Assembly: GCA_043778825.1 (NCBI GenBank)
Contig: JAYWFM010000230.1
Coordinates: 1-55,626, forward strand
From: Planctomycetota bacterium
Lineage (GTDB): Bacteria; Planctomycetota; Planctomycetia; Planctomycetales; Planctomycetaceae
Direction of reading: 5' to 3'
Length of the DNA: 55,626 bases
This document shows positions 37,018 through 45,738 of this stretch, in pieces. Each line of letters opens with the position of its first letter. Position 1 is the stretch's first letter. The notes under the pieces were generated by a model. It did no database searches, was not told the origin of the DNA, and saw nothing but the letters and a program-made list of their open reading frames with translations. Both the position numbers and the translations under genes were made by a program.

Positions 37018-38022
37018 ATGCCCATCGTGCGCAAGTCGCGTGGATTTACGTTGATTGAATTGTTGGTCGTGATCGCCATTATTGCGGTCCTGATCGCCCT
37101 GCTCCTGCCCGCTGTGCAGCAGGCTCGCGAGGCGGCCCGCCGCTCGTCCTGCAAGAACAACCTCAAGCAGATGGGCCTGGCTCTCCACAATTACGAGGAG
37201 ACGTTCAAGATGTTCCCGGCTAGCCGGATCAACCTCACCGGTCCGAATTTCCAGAGAACCTGGATCACTTCCTGCCTTCCGTACCTGGATCAGGCTCCGA
37301 TGTACAATCTGTATGACTCCAGCCTGAACTGGTACGACGTGGCGAATGACCCGGTCACGACAACATCTCTCAGTGTCATGGCGTGCCCCTCATCACCCGG
37401 TCGCGTGTCGTCACCGACATCGGCCCTCTACAGCCAACTCACCAGCACTGTCCGGACTGACACCCCCGCTTGGGGGCTGAGCGATTACGGCTCGATCAAC
37501 GCGGTCCGCAACGGAATGAATGTGGCCAGCGGTGGGACTTCGTGGGGAGTCAAGGAGTTTGACGGTGGACTGGGTCGCGGTCCCAACGGCGTCGCACTCG
37601 GCAAGATTCCGGACGGTCTCTCGAATACCATGCTGGTGGGCGAAGTGGCCGGGCGTCCGATGCTCTACAACTTTCACAAACCAGCCATGAACCCCAAGAC
37701 GGGACTCGCCGCCACCGGCACGGAATGGGTCGGCGACGGCTGGAGCTGGGCCGACATCAACAATGGCTTCAGCATAGATGGCGTCGGTACGAACGGCATC
37801 GCCAACAACACCTCGGGGAGCGGAACCGTCACGCTGGCCCCCGGTGGCGGAACCTGCTTCATCAACTGCACCAATGACTCGGAGTTCTACTCCTTCCACA
37901 CGGGCGGTGTGCATACGCTGATGGGCGACGGAGCGGTCCGGTTCCTCAGCGAGAACATCTCCGGCCAGACTCTGGTGGCCCTCGGCACCCGGAACCGTGG
38001 CGATATCGTCGGCGAGTTCTAA
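37018..38022 (+). CDS. DUF1559 domain protein with a prepilin-type N-terminal cleavage/methylation motif
   Basis: It has [53 protein letters not shown] and the C-terminal [21 protein letters not shown] (H-X9-DG). ATG 37018 is preceded by GGAGG. Confidence 0.9.
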   Translation: MPIVRKSRGFTLIELLVVIAIIAVLIALLLPAVQQAREAARRSSCKNNLKQMGLALHNYEETFKMFPASRINLTGPNFQRTWITSCLPYLDQAPMYNLYDSSLNWYDVANDPVTTTSLSVMACPSSPGRVSSPTSALYSQLTSTVRTDTPAWGLSDYGSINAVRNGMNVASGGTSWGVKEFDGGLGRGPNGVALGKIPDGLSNTMLVGEVAGRPMLYNFHKPAMNPKTGLAATGTEWVGDGWSWADINNGFSIDGVGTNGIANNTSGSGTVTLAPGGGTCFINCTNDSEFYSFHTGGVHTLMGDGAVRFLSENISGQTLVALGTRNRGDIVGEF

Positions 38023-38110
38023 CGAACGACTCGCGATCGCCGGAGATGGACAACATCACCCCGTTGGAGTCTTGAAACTCCAGCGGGGTGTTTGCCATTC
38101 GGCTGCCACT

Positions 38111-38169
38111 CGTAGAACGGAATGTATTCCGTTCCCCACTCACAGGAACGGAATGAATTCCGTTCTACG
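38111..38169. repeat. Class E REP-like dimer, heads outward (CGTAGAACGGAATGTATTCCGTTCC...GGAACGGAATGAATTCCGTTCTACG)
   Basis: It lies between convergent genes. Its right head provides the TAG stop of the regulator gene. Confidence 0.88.
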
Positions 38170-39553
38170 AATCGCCGGGCTTCCACAGTCCGTGAGCCTC
38201 CAGCCGCCGGTAGAGCTTGGCCCTCGGTATCCCCAGCAGGTCTGCTGCCAGTTGTTTGCTGCCGCCCGCCCGAGCGAGAGCGGCTTCAATCTGCTCCCTC
38301 TCCACACGCAGCAACAGCTCCTCCAGGGGCAGCTGCTGCGACACTGGCGGCGGGCTGATCGACTGGGCGTCCTGGCCCGTGCGAAAGCGGAACGGCAGGT
38401 CGCGGACGCTCACCAGCGGTCCGGCACTGGCGGCATGGGCCTCGTGGACCACGGCGAACAGCTCATCGAGTTGGCCTGGCCAGTTGTAGGCCCGAAACTG
38501 CTCCCACACATCGGGGCTGAATCCGCTGATCTGCTTTGGGCTCCCCGCGTTGCTCTCTTCCAGGGCGTGCTGGGCCAGGAGCGGCAAGTCCTCGGGGCGA
38601 TCGCGCAATGCGGGGAGCGTCACTTCCAACACGCCGAACCGATCTCGGAAAGCGGGAAGCAGTTGTTCCCCCTCCACCAGCTCATCGAACACGCATGACG
38701 AGGACAGCATCCACCGCACCGCATGCGGACCCGGCGCGAGATCGACCTGCTCGGTGAGCTTCAATTGCCACTCGCGCGGCAGGCTCTCGACCTGCTGCAA
38801 CAGCACGGCTCCCACCCGCAACACGGGGATCGGCAACTCCTCGTGATCGGGATGCAACAACCGTCCGAGAGTCTCGTGGAGCTGCTTCGTGGGGAGCCGA
38901 CAATCGACCGGCACGAACGCCCGAATCCGAGTCTCCCCCGCGTAATGCACGGCCCGGGCCAGATGCTCCTTGCCCGTCCCCGCAGCCCCGCTGAAGGCCA
39001 GCGTCGTGTGCCCCACCACCGCGAGTTGCAGTTGGGCCAGGACTCGCCGCATCGCGGAACTGCGGGCCACGACCTGTGACAGGGAATACCGCTGGCGCAG
39101 GTCGGACTTCAGCGCCGACAATTCCGCATGCAGCTCCGACTCTTTGGAAATCGGCGAGACGGTGAGCGGCGACTGCGGCAGTCCGATGACTCCCAGCCAG
39201 CGGAGCGGCTCCGGCTTCTCGGGGTCCGCATCGAGCGGCGGAAGCGGCAAGAAATGGGCGACGCGGTCGAGGCTCACCCCCTCGCGAGTCAGCAGATGCA
39301 CCCGCTGCGAAGTCGGTTCGGCTCTCGACGGCGGACAGAGCGATGAGAGCAGCGTCGTGACCTGCCCCGGCACGCCATCCGAGTGGACCTCGCACACCTT
39401 CCCAATCAGGTCGCCCGCAGTCCATCCGGTCAACCGCTCAAACCCGCGATTGAAGAACAGCACCACCCGCCGCGAATCGACCACGAAGACCGGCTGCTCC
39501 GTCAGGCTCAGCCACTCGGGCAGCCCGCCACGTGTTCGGGATCGCCGGGGCAT
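38165..39553 (-). CDS. NtrC/Fis-family EBP-like transcriptional regulator (PAS sensor, AAA+ domain, C-terminal HTH_8) with degenerate sigma-54-contact and Walker B motifs
   Basis: It has a PAS-like VVLFFNRGFERLTGW, Walker A GAAGTGKEHLARAVH, and the HTH GGSKQLAADLLGIPRAKLYRRL. There is no GAFTGA motif. VLLQQVESL occupies the position where hhhhDE is expected. The ORF upstream of ATG 39553 is REP DNA. Confidence 0.8.
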   Translation of the reverse strand: MPRRSRTRGGLPEWLSLTEQPVFVVDSRRVVLFFNRGFERLTGWTAGDLIGKVCEVHSDGVPGQVTTLLSSLCPPSRAEPTSQRVHLLTREGVSLDRVAHFLPLPPLDADPEKPEPLRWLGVIGLPQSPLTVSPISKESELHAELSALKSDLRQRYSLSQVVARSSAMRRVLAQLQLAVVGHTTLAFSGAAGTGKEHLARAVHYAGETRIRAFVPVDCRLPTKQLHETLGRLLHPDHEELPIPVLRVGAVLLQQVESLPREWQLKLTEQVDLAPGPHAVRWMLSSSCVFDELVEGEQLLPAFRDRFGVLEVTLPALRDRPEDLPLLAQHALEESNAGSPKQISGFSPDVWEQFRAYNWPGQLDELFAVVHEAHAASAGPLVSVRDLPFRFRTGQDAQSISPPPVSQQLPLEELLLRVEREQIEAALARAGGSKQLAADLLGIPRAKLYRRLEAHGLWKPGDS

Positions 39554-39592
39554 GAGTGGGGGGCCTCTGGAATGACGTGCTGGGGCGATAAT

Positions 39593-39871
39593 ACCGTAGG
39601 CGATGTCGCTCCGCGACTCGCATTTCGCACACGGGAAGACTCCTTTCCCCATGGCTCCCCTCGTCATACGTGCGGTGTTCGACGGAAGGAGTCTCAGTCG
39701 CGGAGCGACATGAGCTACGTAGGCGATGTCGCTCCGCGACTCGCATTCGTTGGGCCAACAGACTCCGCGAGTGTCGTTCACCACTGGGGGCGGTGAGTTT
39801 TCGGCAGCAAGAATCTCGGTCGCGGAGCGACCGAGCTACGTAGGCGAGTCGCTCCGCGACTCGCATTCGAG
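39593..39871. repeat. Class C REP cluster (one monomer plus two head-to-head dimers) on the 3' side of the RAYT gene
   Basis: The REP unit is GTAG-GCGATGTCGCTCCGCGACTCGCATTC, with the variant GTAG-CTCAGTCGCTCCGCGACTGAGATTC. The monomer is at 39593-39627 and the dimers at 39689-39749 and 39811-39871. Confidence 0.9.
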
Positions 39872-39878
39872 CGACTCT

Positions 39879-40613
39879 CTAATTGGCATTCGAGCCGATC
39901 TCCTCAGTCGGCCTCCTGTAGTACCGGAAACTCCCCAATTTCAGGTGTGCCTTTTCCGGATTCTCTGCAATGTATCGACGGTACTTGTCGTACTCTTCGA
40001 TACTTCGCACGAGATGGTCGAACTGTTCGACTTGCCAGAAAGAACCGGAAGCCTCTCCCTCATTTGCTGCGAGATTCTCTCGCAACCACTTGTTGATCTT
40101 TGTGGCGGTGAAATGCTTCCAGGAAGTGCATTGAGTCATCAATGAGTCTTCCTCTCGAAACGCGACGAGAAGATGTACGTGATTCGGCATCACCACGGCA
40201 TCGGTCAGAACATACCGGTCGCTATCAAAATGCAGCAAGCTGTCCATGACGATTTCCGACAGCGCTGGCTCGCGAAGGACACACGCCCCTGCGGCGGCGT
40301 CCAACTGTTCATCCCAAGCCGTGAAGAGCAACCATTGGAGGTTGCCACGCTCCACAGGCGGCAGCTGGGAGAGTGAGTGTTTCCAGTCGCCTTCGGGATC
40401 AATTTGATGTTGTTTGAGAATCTGATGCCGCTGTCGACTGAGCCGAACAAGGGCCTCTCTGGGGAGCGAATCTGCTGTCCGCCAAGTAATGAAGGCGACT
40501 GTTCCCGCTTGTGCCCAGTGGGGCAACCGCTTCCACGCGATCGTATAGTCCTGCTTCGAATCGAAGAACTGCAATCCGGTCGGAATCCTATCGAAAGAGT
40601 CTTGACCAGACAT
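39879..40613 (-). CDS. REP-associated tyrosine transposase (RAYT; IS200/IS605 Y1 HUH transposase family)
   Basis: It has the HUH motif in VVMPNHVHLLVAF and the C-terminal SFWQVEQFDHLVRSIEEYDKYRRYIAENPEKAHL, matching the RAYT pattern FWQxRFWEHxIR..DY..H..YI..NP. It is flanked on both sides by REPs. ATG 40613 was chosen because the upstream ORF is REP DNA. Confidence 0.85.
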   Translation of the reverse strand: MSGQDSFDRIPTGLQFFDSKQDYTIAWKRLPHWAQAGTVAFITWRTADSLPREALVRLSRQRHQILKQHQIDPEGDWKHSLSQLPPVERGNLQWLLFTAWDEQLDAAAGACVLREPALSEIVMDSLLHFDSDRYVLTDAVVMPNHVHLLVAFREEDSLMTQCTSWKHFTATKINKWLRENLAANEGEASGSFWQVEQFDHLVRSIEEYDKYRRYIAENPEKAHLKLGSFRYYRRPTEEIGSNAN

Positions 40614-40647
40614 GCCGACACTCCGAGTCGGGAGTATTGGGACGGGC

Positions 40648-40800
40648 GGAATGCGAGTCGCGGAGCGACATCGCCTACGTAGCTCAGTCGCTCCGCGACT
40701 GAGATTCCTTCCGTAAGTCATCTGTCGAATCCAGAAGGAAGCCTCTGTGAATCCGCCTTCCCACGCACGGAATGCGAGTCGCGGAGCGACATCGCCTACG
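40648..40800. repeat. Class C REP cluster (one dimer 40648-40708 plus one monomer 40769-40800) on the 5' side of the RAYT gene
   Basis: GGAATGCGAGTCGCGGAGCGACATCGCCTACGTAGCTCAGTCGCTCCGCGACTGAGATTCC. The monomer overlaps the gltA stop codon. Confidence 0.9.
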
Positions 40801-42082
40801 AACGGTTGCTGATCGGCACGAAGTCGCGGGCTCCGTGGCCGGTGTAGATCTGGCGCGGACGGGCGATCTTTTGTTCGCTGTCTTCCAGCAACTCCGCCCA
40901 CTGGGCCAGCCAGCCGACCGTGCGGGGGATCGCGAACAGAACCGGGAACATCGTCTCCGGCAGGCCCATTGCCTGGTAGATCAGGCCCGAGTAGAAGTCG
41001 ACGTTCGGGTAGAGCTTGCGCTTGATGAAGTACTCGTCGTTGAGGGCGATCTTCTCCAACTCCAGGGCAATCTCGAGCAGCGGATTGCGGCCCGTCACAG
41101 CGAACACCTCATCGGCGGTCCGCTTGATGATCTTGGCCCGTGGGTCGTAATTCTTGTAAACCCGGTGGCCGAACCCCATCAGCCGGCACTTGCCAGTCTT
41201 GACCTGCTCGATGAAGGCCGGCACGTTCTTCACGTGGCCAATCTCGGCCAGCATCTTGAGGACCGCCTCGTTCGCCCCGCCATGCAACGGGCCATACAGT
41301 GCCGCCGCCGCTCCCGCCAGAGCACTATACGGATCGGCCTCGGAAGACCCGATCGCCCGCATGGCATTGGTCGAGCAGTTCTGCTCGTGGTCGGCATGCA
41401 GGATGAACAGAATGTCGAGGGCCTTGGCCAGCACCGGGTGCGGCTCGTGCGTCGCGTCCATCATCTTGAACATCATCGACAGAAAGTTGCCGGTGTAGCT
41501 CAGCTTGTTGTTCGGGTAGTTGTAGGGATACCCCTGGCAATGCCGGTACGAGAACGCCGCAATCGTCGGAGCCTTGGCAATCAGGCGGCAAATCTGCTTG
41601 TTCCGCGAGGCCGGGTCGCGGACGTTCTTGGCCTCGGGGTAGAAGGTCGACAACCCCGCCACCGTGCTGATGAACATCCCCATCGGATGGGCGTCGTAAC
41701 GAAACCCCTCCATCAGATGCTTGACGTTCTCATGCACGACCGTGTGTCGCTGGATCGACTGCTCCCAGTCCTGCAACTGGTCGCAATTCGGCAACTCCCC
41801 GTTCAGCAGCAGGTAGGCCGTCTCCAGAAACGTGCTGTGCTCGGCGAGCTGCTCGATCGGGTAGCCCCGGTAGCGAAGGATGCCGACATCGCCGTCGATT
41901 TCGGTGATACTGCTGCGAGTCGAGGCGGTGTTGAGGAACCCCGGGTCGTAGCTCATCATCCCGAATTCGGCGTCGGTCACTTTGATCTGCCGCAGATCCG
42001 CGGCGCGGATGGTCCCGTCCGTAATCGGGAGGGTGTAGGTTTTCCCGGTTCGGTTGTCGGTGACTGTCAGAGTGTCCGCCAT
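40796..42082 (-). CDS. gltA: Citrate synthase (type II)
   Basis: It has GFGHRVYKNYDPRA, LHADHEQNCSTN and GPLHGGANE. ATG 42082 is preceded by AGGAAAGG; an in-frame GTG lies at 42106. Confidence 0.92.
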   Translation of the reverse strand: MADTLTVTDNRTGKTYTLPITDGTIRAADLRQIKVTDAEFGMMSYDPGFLNTASTRSSITEIDGDVGILRYRGYPIEQLAEHSTFLETAYLLLNGELPNCDQLQDWEQSIQRHTVVHENVKHLMEGFRYDAHPMGMFISTVAGLSTFYPEAKNVRDPASRNKQICRLIAKAPTIAAFSYRHCQGYPYNYPNNKLSYTGNFLSMMFKMMDATHEPHPVLAKALDILFILHADHEQNCSTNAMRAIGSSEADPYSALAGAAAALYGPLHGGANEAVLKMLAEIGHVKNVPAFIEQVKTGKCRLMGFGHRVYKNYDPRAKIIKRTADEVFAVTGRNPLLEIALELEKIALNDEYFIKRKLYPNVDFYSGLIYQAMGLPETMFPVLFAIPRTVGWLAQWAELLEDSEQKIARPRQIYTGHGARDFVPISNRS

Positions 42083-42318
42083 CACTTGCCTTTCCTGCGT
42101 CTGCACGATGCGAGACTGTTCGATTCGCGGAACAGCCTGCCTTTTTCGAAGTGATGAGATTATGCGATCCCCGCCAGTGTTGCCACTTCGGGCACGGAAT
42201 CTTGATCGTCGGATTTGAGACTCGGGCGTCTCGCTGTCAGAATGCAGTTTCGACCCAGTGACCTCCCGTGATCTGTCGATCGCGGGAACCCGGCTGGGAT
42301 GGGGAGCAGAGGACGCCG

Positions 42319-43527
42319 ATGGCCCGTATTGTCTCCCTGTCGATCCTGTCGACGCTGATCGTCATTCTGGGGCTGACGTTCTTTCGCGTCCTGGCCCCGT
42401 TTGTGATGCCGCTGTTTCTGGCCGGGGTGACGACGCTGCTGGTCCAGCCGTGGTTTCAGAAGCTGATCGTGCGGCTCAAGGGGCGGGTGAATCTCGCCGC
42501 CGGACTGTTATCGGTGGGCATCCTGCTGGCGATTCTGGTCCCCCTGACAGTGGGGATTCTGCTCGCCTCGCTGGAACTGTACACGATCGCCCACACGGTG
42601 ACGGATGAGGCGTTCCTGAAGCAGGCGGGGACGACGGTCAGCGTCCAGTCGGAAGAGTTACTCGACCGATCGGTGAAGTTCGCCAACGGATACCTGCCCT
42701 CCGATCAACAGGCCAGCAAGGAAGCCGTCCGGACGCAGATCCGCGAGAAACTCCGTGACTCGCTCACCGAAATCGGCGATCGCTCGCTCGGGCCGACCGT
42801 CTCCACCTCGTTCAGCATCGCGGGGCGACTGCTCTCCACCACCGCCATGCTGTTGATCGGTCTGACGATCTACCTCATCGCGCTGTACTACTTTTTGGCC
42901 GATGGCCCCGCGCTGCTGGCCGCCGCCGAGCAGTTGATCCCGGTGCATGTCGACTACCAGCGGGAACTGCTCAGCGAGTTTGCCAAGGCGGTCCGCAGCG
43001 TGGTCCTGGCCACGTTCATGGCGGCGATTGCACAGGGGATCGCGACGACGGTAGCCCTAGAGATGTTCGGGTTCGGTCATCTGTTCGCGATCCTCATCCT
43101 ATCGACGATCTTCTCGCTGATCCCACTGGCGGGGGCGTGGCTCGTGTGGGCTCCATTTGCAATCGGTCTGTTCGCCAATGGACACTGGATCCAAGGGTTG
43201 GTACTGACCAGCTACGGCATCGTGGTGGTCGGCTTGCTCGACAACGTGGTGCGGGCGTATGTCCTCAATACGGATACCAAGCTGCATCCCTTGCTGGCGC
43301 TGGTGAGCGTGTTGGGCGGGATTCAGACGCTGGGGTTGTGGGGCGTGTTCATCGGGCCGATCGTGGCGTCGTGTCTGTATGCCCTGGTCCGCATTTTCAA
43401 CACCGAGCTGTTCGCGTTGTCGCGGGAGCGGTTGGGGGTGGGAGACGGCACGATCCTGGGGCCGGGGGTTCCCGTTCCGGGCGCAGCGACCTCACCGAGT
43501 ACACCCTCTACGGGAAGTCAGACATGA
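42319..43527 (+). CDS. AI-2E family transporter (PerM/YhhT-like permease)
   Basis: It is a multi-TM protein with the typical N-terminus LTFFRVLAPFVMPLFLAGVTTLL and the motif PLLALVSVLGGIQTLGLWGVFIGP. Confidence 0.85.
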   Translation: MARIVSLSILSTLIVILGLTFFRVLAPFVMPLFLAGVTTLLVQPWFQKLIVRLKGRVNLAAGLLSVGILLAILVPLTVGILLASLELYTIAHTVTDEAFLKQAGTTVSVQSEELLDRSVKFANGYLPSDQQASKEAVRTQIREKLRDSLTEIGDRSLGPTVSTSFSIAGRLLSTTAMLLIGLTIYLIALYYFLADGPALLAAAEQLIPVHVDYQRELLSEFAKAVRSVVLATFMAAIAQGIATTVALEMFGFGHLFAILILSTIFSLIPLAGAWLVWAPFAIGLFANGHWIQGLVLTSYGIVVVGLLDNVVRAYVLNTDTKLHPLLALVSVLGGIQTLGLWGVFIGPIVASCLYALVRIFNTELFALSRERLGVGDGTILGPGVPVPGAATSPSTPSTGSQT

Positions 43528-44471
43528 TCGACGTGACAGACGAATCTCTCCGTAGCGTGGGCTTTAGCCCACGCAAGAGTGTTCTCGTCCACAACTCGTG
43601 GGCTAAAGCCCACGCTACGCGCACGTGGAATCGTTCGTCCCGACTGGCACTGTTGCTCCTGCTCCTGTTCGCAGCTTCCCACACGGCGTTCGCTCAAGAC
43701 CCGCCAGCCGAGGACACCGCTCCTACGGAGGCCCCCGCCGACCCCGTGGTCAACATCACCGACAAGTGGACAATCCTCGTCCATCCGGGCCGACCCCGAC
43801 CCGGCATCGTCGAGTTCACCGACAAGTCACCCATCCAGAATGTCACCGAGTTCAAACTCCTTGGGCCGTCCGTGGGGCATCCCTTCTGCCTCGGGGAGTT
43901 CATCGTCAATGGCCGCTGGGCCACCGCGCAAGGGGTGGTCCAGGTCGTCGAGGGCACCAACACACTCCTCTCCCTGGCCACAGCCGACCAGTTCGAACTG
44001 GAGGGGATCATCCACCAGGAAGGTTCGGGAGGCTGGCTGATGCTGCTGGGTTGGAACCAGGGTCACGGCTATTCGTTGTCGAACGTCTCTCTCATCAAAA
44101 GCGGGTCTCCGTGGTTCGTGTGCGAGTACCGAGCCGCCGAGGCGATCGCCCTCACCAATAACGAGGTCAAGCAGTTTGACTGGAAGGGCGATCAACCGTT
44201 TCGCATGATCGTCAAAGACAAGCTGTTGTCGGTGACAGTCGGCCAGACCGCGATCGTCGAGGAGTACCCGCTGGACAACTACACTGCCGGTCAGATTTTT
44301 CTGGGGACGTACGACACGCGGCTGAGTGCCCGTCCGGTGAAGGTGAAATCCCTGCGCATCCGAGCCCTGGTGGACAAACCGGGAAAGGCCGAGAAGCCCA
44401 AGCAGGCGGCCCCCCCCGCTAAACAGGGAGAGGCGAAACCCAAACCCAAACCCAAACCCGCAGTACCGTAA
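43524..44471 (+). CDS. Secreted hypothetical protein, possibly a concanavalin-A-like/DUF1080-like jelly roll, with a Lys/Pro-rich tail
   Basis: The ATG overlaps the transporter stop (ATGA). It has a signal peptide (RLALLLLLLFAASHTAFA). The FELEG...GGWLMLLGW...GQIFLGTY...VKVKSLRI pattern resembles DUF1080-type domains only weakly. The true start may lie downstream of the repeat. Confidence 0.7.
   Translation: MIDVTDESLRSVGFSPRKSVLVHNSWAKAHATRTWNRSSRLALLLLLLFAASHTAFAQDPPAEDTAPTEAPADPVVNITDKWTILVHPGRPRPGIVEFTDKSPIQNVTEFKLLGPSVGHPFCLGEFIVNGRWATAQGVVQVVEGTNTLLSLATADQFELEGIIHQEGSGGWLMLLGWNQGHGYSLSNVSLIKSGSPWFVCEYRAAEAIALTNNEVKQFDWKGDQPFRMIVKDKLLSVTVGQTAIVEEYPLDNYTAGQIFLGTYDTRLSARPVKVKSLRIRALVDKPGKAEKPKQAAPPAKQGEAKPKPKPKPAVP
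43553..43618. repeat. Class A REP-like double hairpin, copy 3 (66 bp), inside the 5' end of the next ORF
   Basis: GTAGCGTGGGCTTTAGCCCACGC...GTGGGCTAAAGCCCACGCTAC. Confidence 0.9.
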
Positions 44472-44570
44472 GCCTTCCCACAACCGCGTTTCTCTCGGTC
44501 CCAAGCTCCGCTTGGGAACGCCTATCCCCGAAGCTCCGCTTCGCCTCGCGGGCCCAACACTACCTAACCG

Positions 44571-44632
44571 TGGGAGTCCAGCCTTGAGGCTGCTGCTGCG
44601 GGCGGGAGCAGGCTCAAGCCTGAACTCCAACG
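44571..44632. repeat. Class D palindromic element, copy 3 (divergent)
   Basis: TGGGAGTCCAGCCTTGAGGCTGCTGCTGCGGGCGGGAGCAGGCTCAAGCCTGAACTCCAACG. Confidence 0.8.
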
Positions 44633-44812
44633 CTTCCACGGGAGAGAACTCGCCGGGCGTACGGCGTGTCGCTTAGAATAGGTCTTGCGTTCTGGCCACT
44701 CACTCCGGCACCCGTCTCATGTCCACTGCGGAGTTCGAAGCCGATGTCAAACGCGGCTGAGGTCGAGAGACGCCGTGGGCAGGACTTCAGTGGCTCGTCA
44801 GGGGACAATTCC

Positions 44813-45049
44813 ATGCAGCTTCAAGGTCATGTCAAGAATGGCGTGGTGGTGCCCGATGGCGATTTCTCGTTGCCCGAGGATTCGCTCGTGTGGCTGATCC
44901 CTTGCCCCGAGCCGCAGAGCCACCCGGCCTCCGCCCATCATGCAGAACTTCTGGCCGAGACGCGGCGCATCGCCGCGCTGCCGCTCGCAGTCAACCCGGA
45001 CGGGTTTTCGGGATGCGATCACGATGCGGTTCTGTACGGAGCGCCGTGA
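44813..45049 (+). CDS. Antitoxin of a VapBC-type pair (AF2212/DUF104-like N-terminus)
   Basis: It has MQLQGHVKNGVVVPDGDFSLPEDSLVWLIP. Its stop overlaps the PIN gene start (TGATG). Confidence 0.65.
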   Translation: MQLQGHVKNGVVVPDGDFSLPEDSLVWLIPCPEPQSHPASAHHAELLAETRRIAALPLAVNPDGFSGCDHDAVLYGAP

Positions 45050-45447
45050 TGGTCTTTGTCGACACCGGAGCCTGGTTCTCGCTGTACGTGCCCACCGATC
45101 CGAACCACGTCCGCGCCGTGGAGTGGATGCAGGAGAACGATCAGCCGCTCGTCACCTCGGATTACGTCGTCGATGAAACGCTGACCTTGCTCTGCGTCCG
45201 ACGCGAACCACGGCGTGCCATGGAGGTCGGACGGCTGCTCCTCGAAAGCGGCTTAATCCAGGTGCATCACATTGCCCCTGACGAATTCCACCGGGCTTGG
45301 ATACTCTTCCAGCGGATGCATGCCGCCGGTTGGTCGTTCACAGATTGCACCAGCAAAATCATTCTCGATGGACTCGCCGTCCGCACAGCGTTTGCATTCG
45401 ACGATCACTTTCGGCAGTTTGGCACGGTGGAGGTTGTGCCTCGGTAA
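45049..45447 (+). CDS. vapC: PIN-domain ribonuclease toxin VapC
   Basis: It has MVFVDTGAWFSL (first acidic residue), DYVVDETLTLL and SFTDCTSKIILD, which match the conserved PIN acidic positions. Confidence 0.85.
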   Translation: MVFVDTGAWFSLYVPTDPNHVRAVEWMQENDQPLVTSDYVVDETLTLLCVRREPRRAMEVGRLLLESGLIQVHHIAPDEFHRAWILFQRMHAAGWSFTDCTSKIILDGLAVRTAFAFDDHFRQFGTVEVVPR

Positions 45448-45575
45448 AATGACATCATTCCCGCACTGGAGATCCTCTATGACGAGTCAATCTGGCATTC
45501 AATCGATCTCGTTCCCCAGCCGGAGCGCGAGGCACGAGGTGAAACCTCGACCTCGCATTACCGATCCAACAAAAA

Positions 45576-45648
45576 AGCGGGCGAAGGGATTCGAACCCTC
45601 GACATACAGCTTGGGAAGCTGTCACTCTACCAACTGAGTTACGCCCGC
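45576..45648 (-). tRNA. tRNA-Gly (anticodon CCC)
   Basis: The reverse complement GCGGGCGTAACTCAGTTGGTAGAGTGACAGCTTCCCAAGCTGTATGTCGAGGGTTCGAATCCCTTCGCCCGCT folds as a cloverleaf. The acceptor stem is GCGGGCG/CGCCCGC, the anticodon loop is TTCCCAA, and the T-loop is TTCGAAT. No CCA is encoded. Confidence 0.93.
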
Positions 45649-45738
45649 GAGTCGTAAAGCGTATTATGTCTCCTCCAGGCTTGATGTTGCAAGCCCGCCG
45701 GACTCATCTCCGGCACGTGTTTTCAGGAGTTCCGCTGC

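Larger units (their letters stand above)
39593..40800 (-). mobile_element. REPtron: RAYT gene bracketed by class C REP clusters
   Basis: See the RAYT CDS and the two flanking REP clusters. Confidence 0.8.

Noticed and set aside
43137-43523. The 5' extension of ORF 43137-44471, overlapping the AI-2E transporter gene by about 390 nt.
   Set aside because: The extension is out of frame with, and fully inside, the well-supported transporter CDS. A coupled ATGA start at 43524 gives a sensible protein.
44472-45648. A genomic island integrated at tRNA-Gly.
   Set aside because: No integrase or recombinase is present. I could find no direct repeat of the tRNA 3' end in the window, and the GC content appears normal. 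Only a VapBC pair is present.
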